Positions 47,358-56,792 of a DNA stretch of 64,000 nt are shown here, in pieces (the first letter of the stretch is position 1; each line of letters starts with the position of its first letter). A program made the translations under genes and the position numbers. The notes beneath the pieces were generated by a model. The model searched no databases, was not told the DNA's origin, and was given only the letters and a program-made list of their open reading frames with translations. The stretch lies in the UHGV virus genome UHGV-0180032; one strand, 5' to 3'. The stretch is from a virus.

Positions 47358-47424
47358 TATCTACTCCTATAGTCCGTGGGCGTCGAGTTCATACTATGAC
47401 TTGAATCTATTGAGGAAAAGAGCT

Positions 47425-48687
47425 GTGACTACTGCTTATCAAGTGCGGCCTGACAGCGCTTTTGGCTTCTCTCGTGAGACCCGTACCTGGGGAGCCATCG
47501 ACGTCACGCAACCCTTAGAAACCTTGTGTTCTGATTACCATATTTTCGAAGTCGGTCTGAGTGCGCTTGGTAGAGACTATACGTTAATTAGCCAATATCA
47601 CCTCGCTGACTTACAAAACCGTACCGATACGTTACAAGACTGGCTGAATGAAAAAGCCGGTGTGGTTATCTCTGCGTTGAAAGACGGTTTACCGACGTTA
47701 GAGTTTGATTGGGCACACTACCAATCGATTAATGCCGATGTTCCAGTAGAAACCTACCTGTGCCCTCCTGGTTATCACTACAGTCAAGAATTCAGTATAG
47801 ACGATGCTGACGACGTTGTGGTGGTGTGTGAAGATAAATGGAAAGACAAGTACCGTAACGGGGTGTTGTACAACATCAACGGACAGTGGGTGCCGCATCA
47901 ATCCGATACTGTTGGTGTACGTTTACCGGGTGCAGGTAAAATAGTACGTCGCGCAGGGACACCGGATATCGGGTGTATGGTCTTTAGTAAATTGGGGAAT
48001 GTTAAAACGTACCCCATTGCTAATTTGACCTTAAACAAACTCGACACCACTCGCGACTATTACTCCACGTTAATGATTTCTTTACCGGAATCTATTACAG
48101 GTAAAACCGTGGGGTTTGTTATCGGGGGATTGATACACTGGTTACCGGTTACTGGGTACTTCTCCGACAAAGCCATTATGGTATCGCTACCGAACTTTGA
48201 CGTTGCGCGTACGGTGTTAGAAACCCGACGTTATTACGACTGGGACAGCATTGGCGTGGGTGATTTGTCATCACCGACCAACGTACAGCGTATCCGTAAC
48301 CCAGAAACGTTAAAGGCGCTTTTAACCCACGAGTCGTCGTTTATCTTTACGGTGGATAATCCGTATCTGGAAGAAGAAGTTGTGGGGGTTTCTCACAACG
48401 CTATCTGGGGGCGTTTATACCTTAAAGATCCTACTGACCCTGATGGGGAAAAACAACTGGGGTATCTGTTAAACCGCTTCGGTAAAACCGTTGCCTATTG
48501 GCCGACGTGGGAAGAAGGAGAATGGGTATTTAACACCACGGAGTTCGACAGTCAAAACTACGTGTTCCGTGAAGCCCGCTGGTATAACCAGAATAAAATT
48601 AACGATGCACAGGCAATCGTAGGGCCTTTCGGTCCCTGGGAAAAAGTCTATTTAGAAATGCATCGTTTCCGTGCAAGAAAAAAATAA
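47425..48687 (+). CDS. hypothetical protein (about 420 aa)
   Basis: Track ORF 47209..48687 trimmed to GTG 47425, because upstream part overlaps the minus-strand giant gene; gagg SD. Confidence 0.5.
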   Translation: MTTAYQVRPDSAFGFSRETRTWGAIDVTQPLETLCSDYHIFEVGLSALGRDYTLISQYHLADLQNRTDTLQDWLNEKAGVVISALKDGLPTLEFDWAHYQSINADVPVETYLCPPGYHYSQEFSIDDADDVVVVCEDKWKDKYRNGVLYNINGQWVPHQSDTVGVRLPGAGKIVRRAGTPDIGCMVFSKLGNVKTYPIANLTLNKLDTTRDYYSTLMISLPESITGKTVGFVIGGLIHWLPVTGYFSDKAIMVSLPNFDVARTVLETRRYYDWDSIGVGDLSSPTNVQRIRNPETLKALLTHESSFIFTVDNPYLEEEVVGVSHNAIWGRLYLKDPTDPDGEKQLGYLLNRFGKTVAYWPTWEEGEWVFNTTEFDSQNYVFREARWYNQNKINDAQAIVGPFGPWEKVYLEMHRFRARKK

Positions 48688-48692
48688 GTAAC

Positions 48693-48734
48693 CTCCTACC
48701 CTCTTAGAGGGTAGGAGTAGCACGTTTTTTTTTT
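48693..48734. terminator. bidirectional terminator between convergent genes
   Basis: 11-bp stem ctcctaccctc/gagggtaggag; T10 downstream on plus strand, T-run on minus strand. Confidence 0.65.
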
Positions 48735-48737
48735 CAC

Positions 48738-48947
48738 TTAGTCTTTTTTGTAGACGATCGCGTTACCGTGCAGTTTGTTGTTACCGGAAATACCGATAAC
48801 TTTAAACGCTTCACCGCCGATCTTTTCAGCTTCGACAGCCAGCTTAGCAGTAACGTCGTCTACGGTGTCACCGAAAGCGCTTACGTTACCAATTTTCTTG
48901 AACTCTTCAGGAATGTGTTCGGCAGAAGAGAATTCTTTAATAGCCAT
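48738..48947 (-). CDS. BhsA/YcfR-like DUF1471 domain protein without signal peptide
   Basis: KIGNVSAFGDTVDDVTAKLAVEAEKIGGEAFKVIGISGNNKLHGNAIVYK closely resembles recalled E. coli BhsA domain; in-frame stop right upstream of ATG; SD ggagag. Confidence 0.65.
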   Translation of the reverse strand: MAIKEFSSAEHIPEEFKKIGNVSAFGDTVDDVTAKLAVEAEKIGGEAFKVIGISGNNKLHGNAIVYKKD

Positions 48948-49147
48948 AGCTACTCTCCAGTTAAAGAAAGGAAGGACTGTATCGTGTTACAACCAAAGCA
49001 TAAGATAGCTCCTCCCGGAAGGGAGGAGTAGAGTGCGCGAAAAAAGTGGCCTGCTTAACTAAACGACGAGGTTTAAGAAAAGTGTTGATAAGAAGCTTAC
49101 CAACGTCAGGTCACAATATATAATACCAACGTAAGAAAAAGGGGAAA

Positions 49148-50113
49148 TTAGCGCGGGCCTGAAGTTGGACCATGTACACCGTCGTGGATGTGTACGCTGA
49201 AGGTAATACCGGAAATCACCGCATCCTTAACCGTAAAGACACCCACACCTTCACCCGTACCACCGTATTTGAAGTTCTTAGCAACTTCCAAATTACCGGT
49301 GAACATTGCTTCATTACCCTCTTGCTTAAAGTTCGGCGTTTTATACGTTGTGGAACCGGAGGCTTCGGTTAGCCACGTTTCTGTTTTAAAGGTAACCGAT
49401 TTCGACGCTTCGGTATTCCGAACTTCGCATTTCTCATTAATCGTTTTCGTTTCCAGGTTAATCGAACGTTTTGCGTAAATGAACGCATCCTCTTTGTTGA
49501 TGTTCACTTTCGAGAGCATCGCGTTCTCAAAACCTAAATCGTCTTCCACCGAGTTAATGTAATACTTATTCCCTTTATGGTCAACGCACTGCCACGATCC
49601 GTTAGCGTTATCGAATTGGAATAACCACGCCGCTTTCTCCCCGTTCACCATGCTTGTTCTTAGGGTAACGTGTTTGTCAATCGTTGAGACGTTTAACACA
49701 TACGCGTTCGACAAGTCATCCGCCATCTGGTTTTCAGGGTCAGCAGACCACGCGTAAACCGCATCCTCTAATCGCTTAACGTTAGCGAAATTCAAATCAA
49801 TCCAAAAATAAATATCAGTTTGCCCTAGACGTAGCAGAATAACGTAATCTTCACGCTTAACGTCTGGGGAATTAATTCGGTTGGAATTAAACTTCCACCA
49901 CTTTGCAGTAATCGTGTTACCGGTTTTAATCGTTAGGTTGTCGGTAGCACCCCCGGCTTCGTGTACCTTTTCAGCGGTTGAAGAAACGGATTGTACAACG
50001 GTAGGGTTCGCAAAGTTGGTTTCAATGGGAATAACACTCACCCGATCCGTACCACGAGGTTTATCTTCCGCGACGATACCAATCGAGAAAAAGTCAACGC
50101 TGGATTTCTCCAT
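49148..50113 (-). CDS. hypothetical protein (321 aa) with C-terminal His-rich motif (VHIHDGVHGP)
   Basis: Track ORF; possible structural protein, unverified. Confidence 0.55.
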   Translation of the reverse strand: MEKSSVDFFSIGIVAEDKPRGTDRVSVIPIETNFANPTVVQSVSSTAEKVHEAGGATDNLTIKTGNTITAKWWKFNSNRINSPDVKREDYVILLRLGQTDIYFWIDLNFANVKRLEDAVYAWSADPENQMADDLSNAYVLNVSTIDKHVTLRTSMVNGEKAAWLFQFDNANGSWQCVDHKGNKYYINSVEDDLGFENAMLSKVNINKEDAFIYAKRSINLETKTINEKCEVRNTEASKSVTFKTETWLTEASGSTTYKTPNFKQEGNEAMFTGNLEVAKNFKYGGTGEGVGVFTVKDAVISGITFSVHIHDGVHGPTSGPR

Positions 50114-50140
50114 TAGGTCGTTCCTTAGATCGGAAATGTA

Positions 50141-50193
50141 ATCAGATATATTTTACTTAGGTGAGTAGGGGCTGAACTCGCACTTCAGCCCCT
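50141..50193 (+). promoter_or_regulatory. degenerate copy (D) of promoter-like box plus stem-loop
   Basis: atcagatatattttacttaggtgag followed by perfect 10-bp hairpin aggggctgaa/ttcagcccct; lies in divergent intergenic region. Confidence 0.4.
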
Positions 50194-50245
50194 ATGGGCA
50201 CGTTTCTTTCGAAACGGAGTTACCACGTGATTAGGAGACAGACCA

Positions 50246-50323
50246 ATGTCTACTGAGAAGAAAAGCGGATTGGACGAAGTCATCGAACTGTTCAAACGCT
50301 ACAACCCGGCTATTCCTCGGTAA
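50246..50323 (+). CDS. tiny ORF (25 aa) downstream of box D
   Basis: ATG with aggag SD; MSTEKKSGLDEVIELFKRYNPAIPR. Confidence 0.25.
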   Translation: MSTEKKSGLDEVIELFKRYNPAIPR

Positions 50324-50501
50324 TCATAGTATTACTTAAAATTTACAGATTGACCCTTTATTCTGCTACTCGGGATACCGGTAGGGGGTAGGGGGCAATA
50401 TGTATACGGATATAAATAGCGGAGGTATACGTAGTATACCGACATACTCTTCCCAGAGGAACGTAGTGACTTCCTTATTCCTTTTTAGGAGAATAAACCC
50501 C

Positions 50502-51239
50502 ATGAGAGACTTAATTGACGATATCTTTACCAATACCAGTTTAGAGCTTTCTTCTACGGTGGTTAACGATCTAATAGGGCAACCGTATCCTGCTAAGTTA
50601 ATGTCAGTCGGTACCATTAAACCCGAAGATTATCCAGACAATGACATTATCGACTGTATAATTGACGAATACACGATAGCCAGTTACGCCAGCCGGGTCT
50701 TCTTTGTTCTTAATAGCGAAACCAGTGTCATTTTAATCTATAAGTTGATTAGTGGTGCTGAACTTGAAGTTGTAGCCGACCACATTCGTCTTATTGCGAG
50801 TACGATTGATGATTTCGCTGTTGCGCTTTTTGGAGACAGTTGGCCTTTGCAACCCCTGTTCGCTTACTTCCCACTGTTTAAGCATGGAATAGGGTTAATC
50901 CGACATACAGAAACCCTTCCCGATAACGTAGAGCTATCGCTGCTTGGACCCGGCATCGATCTTTATCCATTAAAAGACGAGGGCACGCTATATGGTTTGC
51001 GCATTTATGTTTCTCTGTTAGAGGGATACCGCGTTATTGAATTGATTGCATCAGATTTAGCAAAACAGATCCCTGAAGTAGAAACGATTTCTAAAGCCAC
51101 CCACCAGGTTGAGATTAACCTAGGCGATCCCTTATTGAAATATCACAAAGAAATTGACCTTCGTAAAATCGCCACAACAAGAGGGTGGGGGTGTGCTGAG
51201 GTTACGAATGGCTATCTGTTATTAATTAAAACCGCGTAA
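50502..51239 (+). CDS. hypothetical protein, member 1 of GW...LLF paralog family
   Basis: Track ORF 50400..51239 trimmed to ATG 50502 (aggag SD); C-terminus RGWGCAEVTNGYLLLIKTA. Confidence 0.5.
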   Translation: MRDLIDDIFTNTSLELSSTVVNDLIGQPYPAKLMSVGTIKPEDYPDNDIIDCIIDEYTIASYASRVFFVLNSETSVILIYKLISGAELEVVADHIRLIASTIDDFAVALFGDSWPLQPLFAYFPLFKHGIGLIRHTETLPDNVELSLLGPGIDLYPLKDEGTLYGLRIYVSLLEGYRVIELIASDLAKQIPEVETISKATHQVEINLGDPLLKYHKEIDLRKIATTRGWGCAEVTNGYLLLIKTA

Positions 51240-51264
51240 GTAAAAACCTAAAGGAGAAAATATC

Positions 51265-51804
51265 ATGATTAGTATCGAAATGAAACAACAAGTTATTGAA
51301 TTTATTAACCGGGGCGTGGGTAAACATCGTTTTGAAAACCCGTACAATATATTGTCTAACGTTATCCAACCGGGTACATTGATCACTGGTATTGAAGTAG
51401 AAAAAATCAGCGAAGATGCTGTGCTTTATTATCGCGGTTACGGGGATAGCTTTACCGAATTATTCCGTAAACTGTTTTCCGGTACCGGATGGAAAGTGAC
51501 GAGCGCGTCCTACGACGGTGGCGCGGATGTTGTTACGCTTCTAGACACGGGGAAAGCACTCTATATCGTGAACTTTACTTTCGCAAGACGCTACGCGTAT
51601 TTCCCGAACCCTCTTACGTGTACGTTAAGTAACCCAGGATTACTGTTGACAGATAAAGAAGCGGAAACACTACTTACAGAACTGAAGAAGGACGGTTGCG
51701 ACGCTGGCGATTGGGAAACATTGGTAGGGACAGCAAAAGCACACGGTTGGTATACCGTGCGTAATCTCGGTCAGCAGTTGTTGTTCTTAGCTTATAATGT
51801 TTAA
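51265..51804 (+). CDS. hypothetical protein, member 2 of GW...QLLF paralog family
   Basis: SD aaggag; C-terminus AHGWYTVRNLGQQLLFLAYNV plus internal GWKVTSASYDGGADVVTLL. Confidence 0.6.
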   Translation: MISIEMKQQVIEFINRGVGKHRFENPYNILSNVIQPGTLITGIEVEKISEDAVLYYRGYGDSFTELFRKLFSGTGWKVTSASYDGGADVVTLLDTGKALYIVNFTFARRYAYFPNPLTCTLSNPGLLLTDKEAETLLTELKKDGCDAGDWETLVGTAKAHGWYTVRNLGQQLLFLAYNV

Positions 51805-51815
51805 AGGATAATATC

Positions 51816-52943
51816 ATGCATATTTGCCATAACGCACCGTCGCACAGACTTTATCTTGAAATGCTTTTCGAGGACTACAAGAAAGGGGTGCCGAAAATAT
51901 TACTTAGCATCTCAGGTGCCACGCAAACTGAATTGTTCGGTCGTGTTTTTGGTTGTACCGTTAACGCTTTGCCAGAACCAATCTGTGCACCTGTGGATGT
52001 TTGTGTTTTCGACGAGCGAATTGAGGATTTTCAATTCACCTTTTACGTAAATGATTCTTTACCGTACGACAAACTTTACGTTCGTGAGTTGAAATCAAAT
52101 CAGCGGTTAATGTACCGCGTCTATCCACCCCACAAATGGTCGGTGCTAGAGTATAAAATCAGGCGGCTACCTTACGAGGGTGTGCAATTACTCGACCAGC
52201 AGGATATGGCTTTTCTGGAAGAACTTTGCGGATTTGAAATTGAGAAGATTCACGTAACCCAGGAAATATCCCGAAACGTACCTAGTCGTCATACCCCTAA
52301 CGGTGGATTTCCGTACGAGTTCACCGACACAGGACTAAGGCTCGTAACCGAATTTAACGACGTAATGTATTACGCAGTGTGTATTGAACGTAAAGTAGTG
52401 GAGAAAGAAATGGCAAGTACATTGAAAGAAGAATTAGCCCAATTCATTCGTGATGTTGAAGAGAAAAGCAAGAGCGATCACATATTCTCACAACGCTATC
52501 CTGAACTTATTGACGAAACCACCGATAGTGTCGTCGACGGTATACGCATTTTCCCAAGTGGTCTTGCAATCTACCGACTACCTAGCGTTAACCAGCTTAA
52601 AGTCATGGAAATGCTAAAAGACGTTTTAGCAGAAGCGGGTTGGGAATATCGCTTCGATTGCAATTTCGAAGGGATGGCGTTATTCGTTACAAAGAAAAAC
52701 TATACCTTGTCAATCGATCTACCTAAAAGTCAATATTACAGTTTCTTCCCGAAAGCGGATGACCGCACTGAAAAAGAACCTGCGATGTTACTTGATGCGG
52801 CAGAATCCAATACGTTAATGGTGCGTCTGCGGTCAATTGACAAAAAGTTAAACACCAGTCATTTAACGACGATCGGTAAAGATTACGGTTGGAAATCTGT
52901 CGAACCGTACGGCAGTCAGCTGCTGTTTGTTGCTGACCTTTAA
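51816..52943 (+). CDS. hypothetical protein, member 3 of GW...QLLF paralog family
   Basis: SD aaggat; C-terminus DYGWKSVEPYGSQLLFVADL plus internal AGWEYRFDCNFEGMALFV. Confidence 0.6.
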   Translation: MHICHNAPSHRLYLEMLFEDYKKGVPKILLSISGATQTELFGRVFGCTVNALPEPICAPVDVCVFDERIEDFQFTFYVNDSLPYDKLYVRELKSNQRLMYRVYPPHKWSVLEYKIRRLPYEGVQLLDQQDMAFLEELCGFEIEKIHVTQEISRNVPSRHTPNGGFPYEFTDTGLRLVTEFNDVMYYAVCIERKVVEKEMASTLKEELAQFIRDVEEKSKSDHIFSQRYPELIDETTDSVVDGIRIFPSGLAIYRLPSVNQLKVMEMLKDVLAEAGWEYRFDCNFEGMALFVTKKNYTLSIDLPKSQYYSFFPKADDRTEKEPAMLLDAAESNTLMVRLRSIDKKLNTSHLTTIGKDYGWKSVEPYGSQLLFVADL

Positions 52944-53010
52944 TAAGTGAAAATACACTTTCTCTAACTGCCGCGCTTTAGTCGCGGCTTTTGTTAAGAA
53001 GGAAATAGAA

Positions 53011-53784
53011 ATGAAAGTCCATTTAGACGACCTCTTTAAAACTGAACCGTATATGGTTAAAGGTTCATTGGCTTCACTGTTGTTAGATGATAGATTTCAT
53101 CGAACGCTCCAATTACAATCGGTCGAATCCGCACCAACAGAAGACGTGGGTCTTTATCAACGTATCACTTATACACGCGGAGAATATCGGCGATATAAAC
53201 CTGATACGCTAACCGTTAAGCTCTGGCAAGTGGCCACAGGCAAAGTATTAACTTATCGCACTGTTGGTCTGTACTACGTTGAACGTGCCTACGCGTGGTT
53301 AGAAGAAGTTAAAGAAATGGATTACGACCGCTTAAGCAAAAGACTGCGCGATAACAACGCCAGTTTACCGATACGCAATTATTTCTCCACAATTGAAAAT
53401 AGTCGTTGTTTCGTTTCACGCGAATCCATGATATTGCCTGGGGCTGATGTTCAGACGACACTAAAAGATGTGGTTGTGAGGAAAATCTTTCATGAATCTG
53501 AACACGTTGGATTTCGTATCTATTTAACTCACAAGAGGCCATTTACCGTGATTCATCTTGTTACCGTACCCGAAGGCTCAGCGGTCGTACGTGAACTTCC
53601 TGACGCACGTGACCGTAGTCCTAATGAGCCGCTTTACTTAATGTCAGGAACAAAATCAGAATCTTTGATGTCCCGTTACAGCATGGTTGATGTTGTTGAT
53701 ACTGCTATGAAGTTAGGTTGGAAAGAAGTACAGCAGCACGGCAAACAATTGCTGTTTATCGCAGATGTAAATCTCAATAACTAA
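53011..53784 (+). CDS. hypothetical protein, member 4 of GW...QLLF paralog family
   Basis: SD aaggaa; C-terminus LGWKEVQQHGKQLLFIADV. Confidence 0.6.
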   Translation: MKVHLDDLFKTEPYMVKGSLASLLLDDRFHRTLQLQSVESAPTEDVGLYQRITYTRGEYRRYKPDTLTVKLWQVATGKVLTYRTVGLYYVERAYAWLEEVKEMDYDRLSKRLRDNNASLPIRNYFSTIENSRCFVSRESMILPGADVQTTLKDVVVRKIFHESEHVGFRIYLTHKRPFTVIHLVTVPEGSAVVRELPDARDRSPNEPLYLMSGTKSESLMSRYSMVDVVDTAMKLGWKEVQQHGKQLLFIADVNLNN

Positions 53785-53796
53785 AGAGGTGGTACC

Positions 53797-54375
53797 GTGT
53801 ACCGATTAATAGAAATGAGAAAAGACGTTTGGTTGGAAAACCTCGTCGATGGGGAGCTCGAGGGAATAGAGCTTTCCTTACCAGAGAGAGCGGACACGGT
53901 ATTGGCCTTTCTGGTAAAACAGGCAGACCGTGAACCGGTAGGAATCTTCACTGTGGACTATAAAGATCCACGAGGAATCCATTTACGGAACATTTGCAGT
54001 GGTTTGGAAAACTTACCGGCTAATCCGTTCTTAAACTACGCAAAACGTAAACTCCAACCGGGACAACACCTCTGGGTAACGTTATCGCCTGACGTTAGGA
54101 TCATACGTGACGATTACTCGGCGTTTGTACAGGCAACGAAAGTCAGTCTGTATAACCCGAACGCAGAGCGTACCGATATGCCGTTTATAATTACCTTAGA
54201 AGACGATGGAACGCAAGAAGGTATCGAGGCAATTACGGAATTAGTAAACTCTTATCCGGTTGCCACTATGGAGTTAGAAAACCCAAGCCGACTACCGTTG
54301 GGTGACCTGCTCGAATGGATTGAACTGAATACAGAATTCTTAATCAATTCTCGTCAGTATCGATTCGATGTTTAA
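53797..54375 (+). CDS. hypothetical protein (192 aa)
   Basis: Track ORF; SD agaggtgg. Confidence 0.55.
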   Translation: MYRLIEMRKDVWLENLVDGELEGIELSLPERADTVLAFLVKQADREPVGIFTVDYKDPRGIHLRNICSGLENLPANPFLNYAKRKLQPGQHLWVTLSPDVRIIRDDYSAFVQATKVSLYNPNAERTDMPFIITLEDDGTQEGIEAITELVNSYPVATMELENPSRLPLGDLLEWIELNTEFLINSRQYRFDV

Positions 54376-54379
54376 CAAC

Positions 54380-54410
54380 GGTGGGGTGTAAGCCCCACCT
54401 TTTATTTTTT
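54380..54410 (+). terminator. intrinsic terminator
   Basis: Stem ggtgggg/ccccacc then T-run ttttattttttt. Confidence 0.65.
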
Positions 54411-54430
54411 GTTCGCTGACATTAAAAATA

Positions 54431-54473
54431 ATCTCAGATATATATTACTCAGGTGAGAGTTAAGATTAACTCT
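54431..54473 (+). promoter_or_regulatory. conserved promoter-like box plus stem-loop, copy C
   Basis: atctcagatatatattactcaggtgagag with hairpin agagtta/taactct; upstream of secreted-protein gene block. Confidence 0.45.
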
Positions 54474-54504
54474 TTTACTTGGTAACCCCACGAGGAGCAA
54501 AACA

Positions 54505-54966
54505 ATGAAAATCTTCACTTCCTTTTTAATCGCCCTTTTCGCAATCGGATTCAATACTGCACACGCCGCAATCAATAGCTGGGAACAACTACCGAACCCA
54601 GGTCAGGCTGTTTACGAAATTGAAGATACCGCCGGAAACGGACTGTCTATCAACTGTGACACTGAAACTGCGAATCGCAAATTTTACGGTCGCATGGTTT
54701 GGTATTACGGGGAACCTGTAGGTGCAACTAACGCTGAAGACAACACGTTGGATATTGTCGTAAATGGCAAAACCTACAACATCCCTACCGTGGATGGTAG
54801 TGACAAAGCAGAACTCGCTTGGGTGGCTTTCGTTAACGCTATCGGTAACGCCAAAACGTTCAGTGTGAATATCAATGGTAACGAAGCTGCTAACTTTACC
54901 GTAGAAGGCGAACGTCTGTCGGAAACTTTCTTCCAGAACTGTGGACACACCCGTCCTAACAAATAA
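54505..54966 (+). CDS. small secreted protein (cleavable signal peptide)
   Basis: N-terminal MKIFTSFLIALFAIGFNTAHA; SD aggag. Confidence 0.6.
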   Translation: MKIFTSFLIALFAIGFNTAHAAINSWEQLPNPGQAVYEIEDTAGNGLSINCDTETANRKFYGRMVWYYGEPVGATNAEDNTLDIVVNGKTYNIPTVDGSDKAELAWVAFVNAIGNAKTFSVNINGNEAANFTVEGERLSETFFQNCGHTRPNK

Positions 54967-54988
54967 GTATTAATCTTTTTTAGAGTGC

Positions 54989-55381
54989 GTGAAAATGAAT
55001 ATCAGAACTATACTTTATACAATCATTATTTTCTGTGCAATCGGCATTACTGGCACTTATGCTTTCGGTGGCTCGGATGTCAGCCATTACGAACCGGCTC
55101 CTGACTCACCGATTATCAACCCGGATGAGTCCCCTACGTTAATGCGCAGTTTCGGTAAACTGCAAGTTTATCGCTTAGTACGTGGTGAAACGTGTACCGG
55201 ATTACTCATTGCTGACACCCGTGCACAAGTCTACCAACGTCTGACGGATATCGCCTGCGAACAACCAAAAGTCATGTCGGTCAGTATTCATCCGTTAGAG
55301 GTCGGTAATTATACTGCTGTGGACTTCTTCCATAATGCAGAACTGATTGGCCGTATTACTTTAAATCGTAGCGCTGAATAA
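54989..55381 (+). CDS. small secreted protein (signal peptide); start GTG 54989 or ATG 54995
   Basis: N-terminal hydrophobic segment TILYTIIIFCAIGITGTYA. Confidence 0.5.
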   Translation: MKMNIRTILYTIIIFCAIGITGTYAFGGSDVSHYEPAPDSPIINPDESPTLMRSFGKLQVYRLVRGETCTGLLIADTRAQVYQRLTDIACEQPKVMSVSIHPLEVGNYTAVDFFHNAELIGRITLNRSAE

Positions 55382-55399
55382 TTTAATGGAGAATTTACA

Positions 55400-55888
55400 A
55401 TGAAACGTTTACACACCCTGATGTTCTTCGTGGCTATTCTTTTCACAGGCTTTACCTTTAACGCAGAAGCGGCTACCGTAAAACAAGCTCTTAGCTGTAA
55501 CCCGGAAGCCTGGGCTGAACAACCTGGTGCGTGTCCATCAACGTACGAGTTGTACGAAGGTGACGCTACCTACAAAGCCGCTATCGACAAAGCATTAAAA
55601 CCGGTCGGACTGAGCGGCATGTTCGGTAAAGGCGGCTATATGGATGGCCCTGGTGGAGGTATCACGCCAGTAAACATTAACGGTACAGTCTGGCTCCAGG
55701 GCGACGGTTGCAAAGCCAATACCTGCGGCTGGGACTTTATCGTAACACTCTATAACCCAAAAACCCATGAAGTTGTTGGCTACCGTTACTTTGGTTTAGA
55801 TGACCCGGCCTACCTGGTTTGGTTCGGTGAAATTGGCGTGCATGAATTCGCGTATCTGGTGAAAAACTACGTAGCTGCGGTTAACTAA
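55400..55888 (+). CDS. Ivy-family periplasmic lysozyme inhibitor homologue
   Basis: Signal peptide; KGGYM...GDGCKANTCGWDFIVTLYNPKTHEVVG resembles recalled Ivy CKPHDCGSQRIAVMW region; SD ggaga. Confidence 0.6.
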   Translation: MKRLHTLMFFVAILFTGFTFNAEAATVKQALSCNPEAWAEQPGACPSTYELYEGDATYKAAIDKALKPVGLSGMFGKGGYMDGPGGGITPVNINGTVWLQGDGCKANTCGWDFIVTLYNPKTHEVVGYRYFGLDDPAYLVWFGEIGVHEFAYLVKNYVAAVN

Positions 55889-55903
55889 TTTAAGGAGTCT
55901 ATC

Positions 55904-56314
55904 ATGAAAACGTTTATCAAAACTTTACTCGTTGCTGTAACTGTTCTGTTCTCTCTTAACGTGGCAGCAAAAACAGTAAAACTACCGGCGGGTATCAAAT
56001 ACGTCAACAGTACCGATGAATTCTACTGCACAGAAATTGACGGTCTGTATTGCCAGACAAAGAATTTGTTTGAATACAAAGGTAACAGATATGTTTTCGT
56101 TGTTGAGCAAGGCGGTGCCTGGTGCTACGACAGCCCTATGTCGGTACTCAACCTGGAAACTTGGAAAGCACAGAAAATTGAATACAAAGACAACCAACTG
56201 TGTTCAGGCGAAAACAAACCGTTCTTCAAAATCAAAAATGGTGTCCCGACTGTAGGTATTATCGACACCTCTGGAACACCAATCGTTGTAGCTCAGGACA
56301 AACTTAAAATCTAA
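55904..56314 (+). CDS. small secreted protein (signal peptide), Cys-containing
   Basis: N-terminal MKTFIKTLLVAVTVLFSLNVAA; SD aaggag. Confidence 0.6.
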   Translation: MKTFIKTLLVAVTVLFSLNVAAKTVKLPAGIKYVNSTDEFYCTEIDGLYCQTKNLFEYKGNRYVFVVEQGGAWCYDSPMSVLNLETWKAQKIEYKDNQLCSGENKPFFKIKNGVPTVGIIDTSGTPIVVAQDKLKI

Positions 56315-56324
56315 GGAGTAAACC

Positions 56325-56714
56325 ATGCGTCTTATCTGCGCTTTGTTGGCGTTTTTCTCAATCGGAGTTATGGCTTCTACACACATCGACGATTTATTAC
56401 TTACCCCGGCAACGAACACAGACTATCACTACAACCCACCGGGTTTTGAAGTCTGCGAAGGCGATGCAGGCGAATGCCAAGAAGTTGGCGCAGATGGACG
56501 CTATATACTCGTAAAAGCAGACGGCGGGACAACCTGTCCTGCGGGTTATTATTTCGTACTTGACTCTGTAGCAAAAGAGGTGCTTCCTGTAACGACCAAA
56601 ACGTGTGACCCCACAGTTGTACTAACGCTTGCGAAAAGCAAATCACGTGACCGTCATCTTATCGTCATCGAAGAACGCGGTGAGATGCTAGGCGCTATCG
56701 AATTAGATTACTGA
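56325..56714 (+). CDS. small secreted protein (signal peptide), Cys-containing
   Basis: N-terminal MRLICALLAFFSIGVMAS; SD aaggag. Confidence 0.6.
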   Translation: MRLICALLAFFSIGVMASTHIDDLLLTPATNTDYHYNPPGFEVCEGDAGECQEVGADGRYILVKADGGTTCPAGYYFVLDSVAKEVLPVTTKTCDPTVVLTLAKSKSRDRHLIVIEERGEMLGAIELDY

Positions 56715-56725
56715 TGTGTAGTCTT

Positions 56726-56764
56726 GACCCCGGTTCGTGCCGATTCGTCCGGGGTCCTTTTTAC
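56726..56764 (+). terminator. terminator-like hairpin
   Basis: Stem gaccccgg/ccggggtc then ctttttac. Confidence 0.5.
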
Positions 56765-56792
56765 GACTTGTTTTACCTAAAGGAGAATTAAA

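Noticed and set aside
47209-47424. Upstream part of track ORF 47209..48687
   Set aside because: Overlaps the 5' end of the minus-strand giant gene 43035..47357; start moved to GTG 47425 with SD. The exact start remains uncertain.
49009-49028. Strong hairpin (ctcctccc/gggaggag) as a terminator
   Set aside because: Not followed by a T/U-run on either strand; more likely a 5'-UTR or processing structure for the BhsA-like gene.
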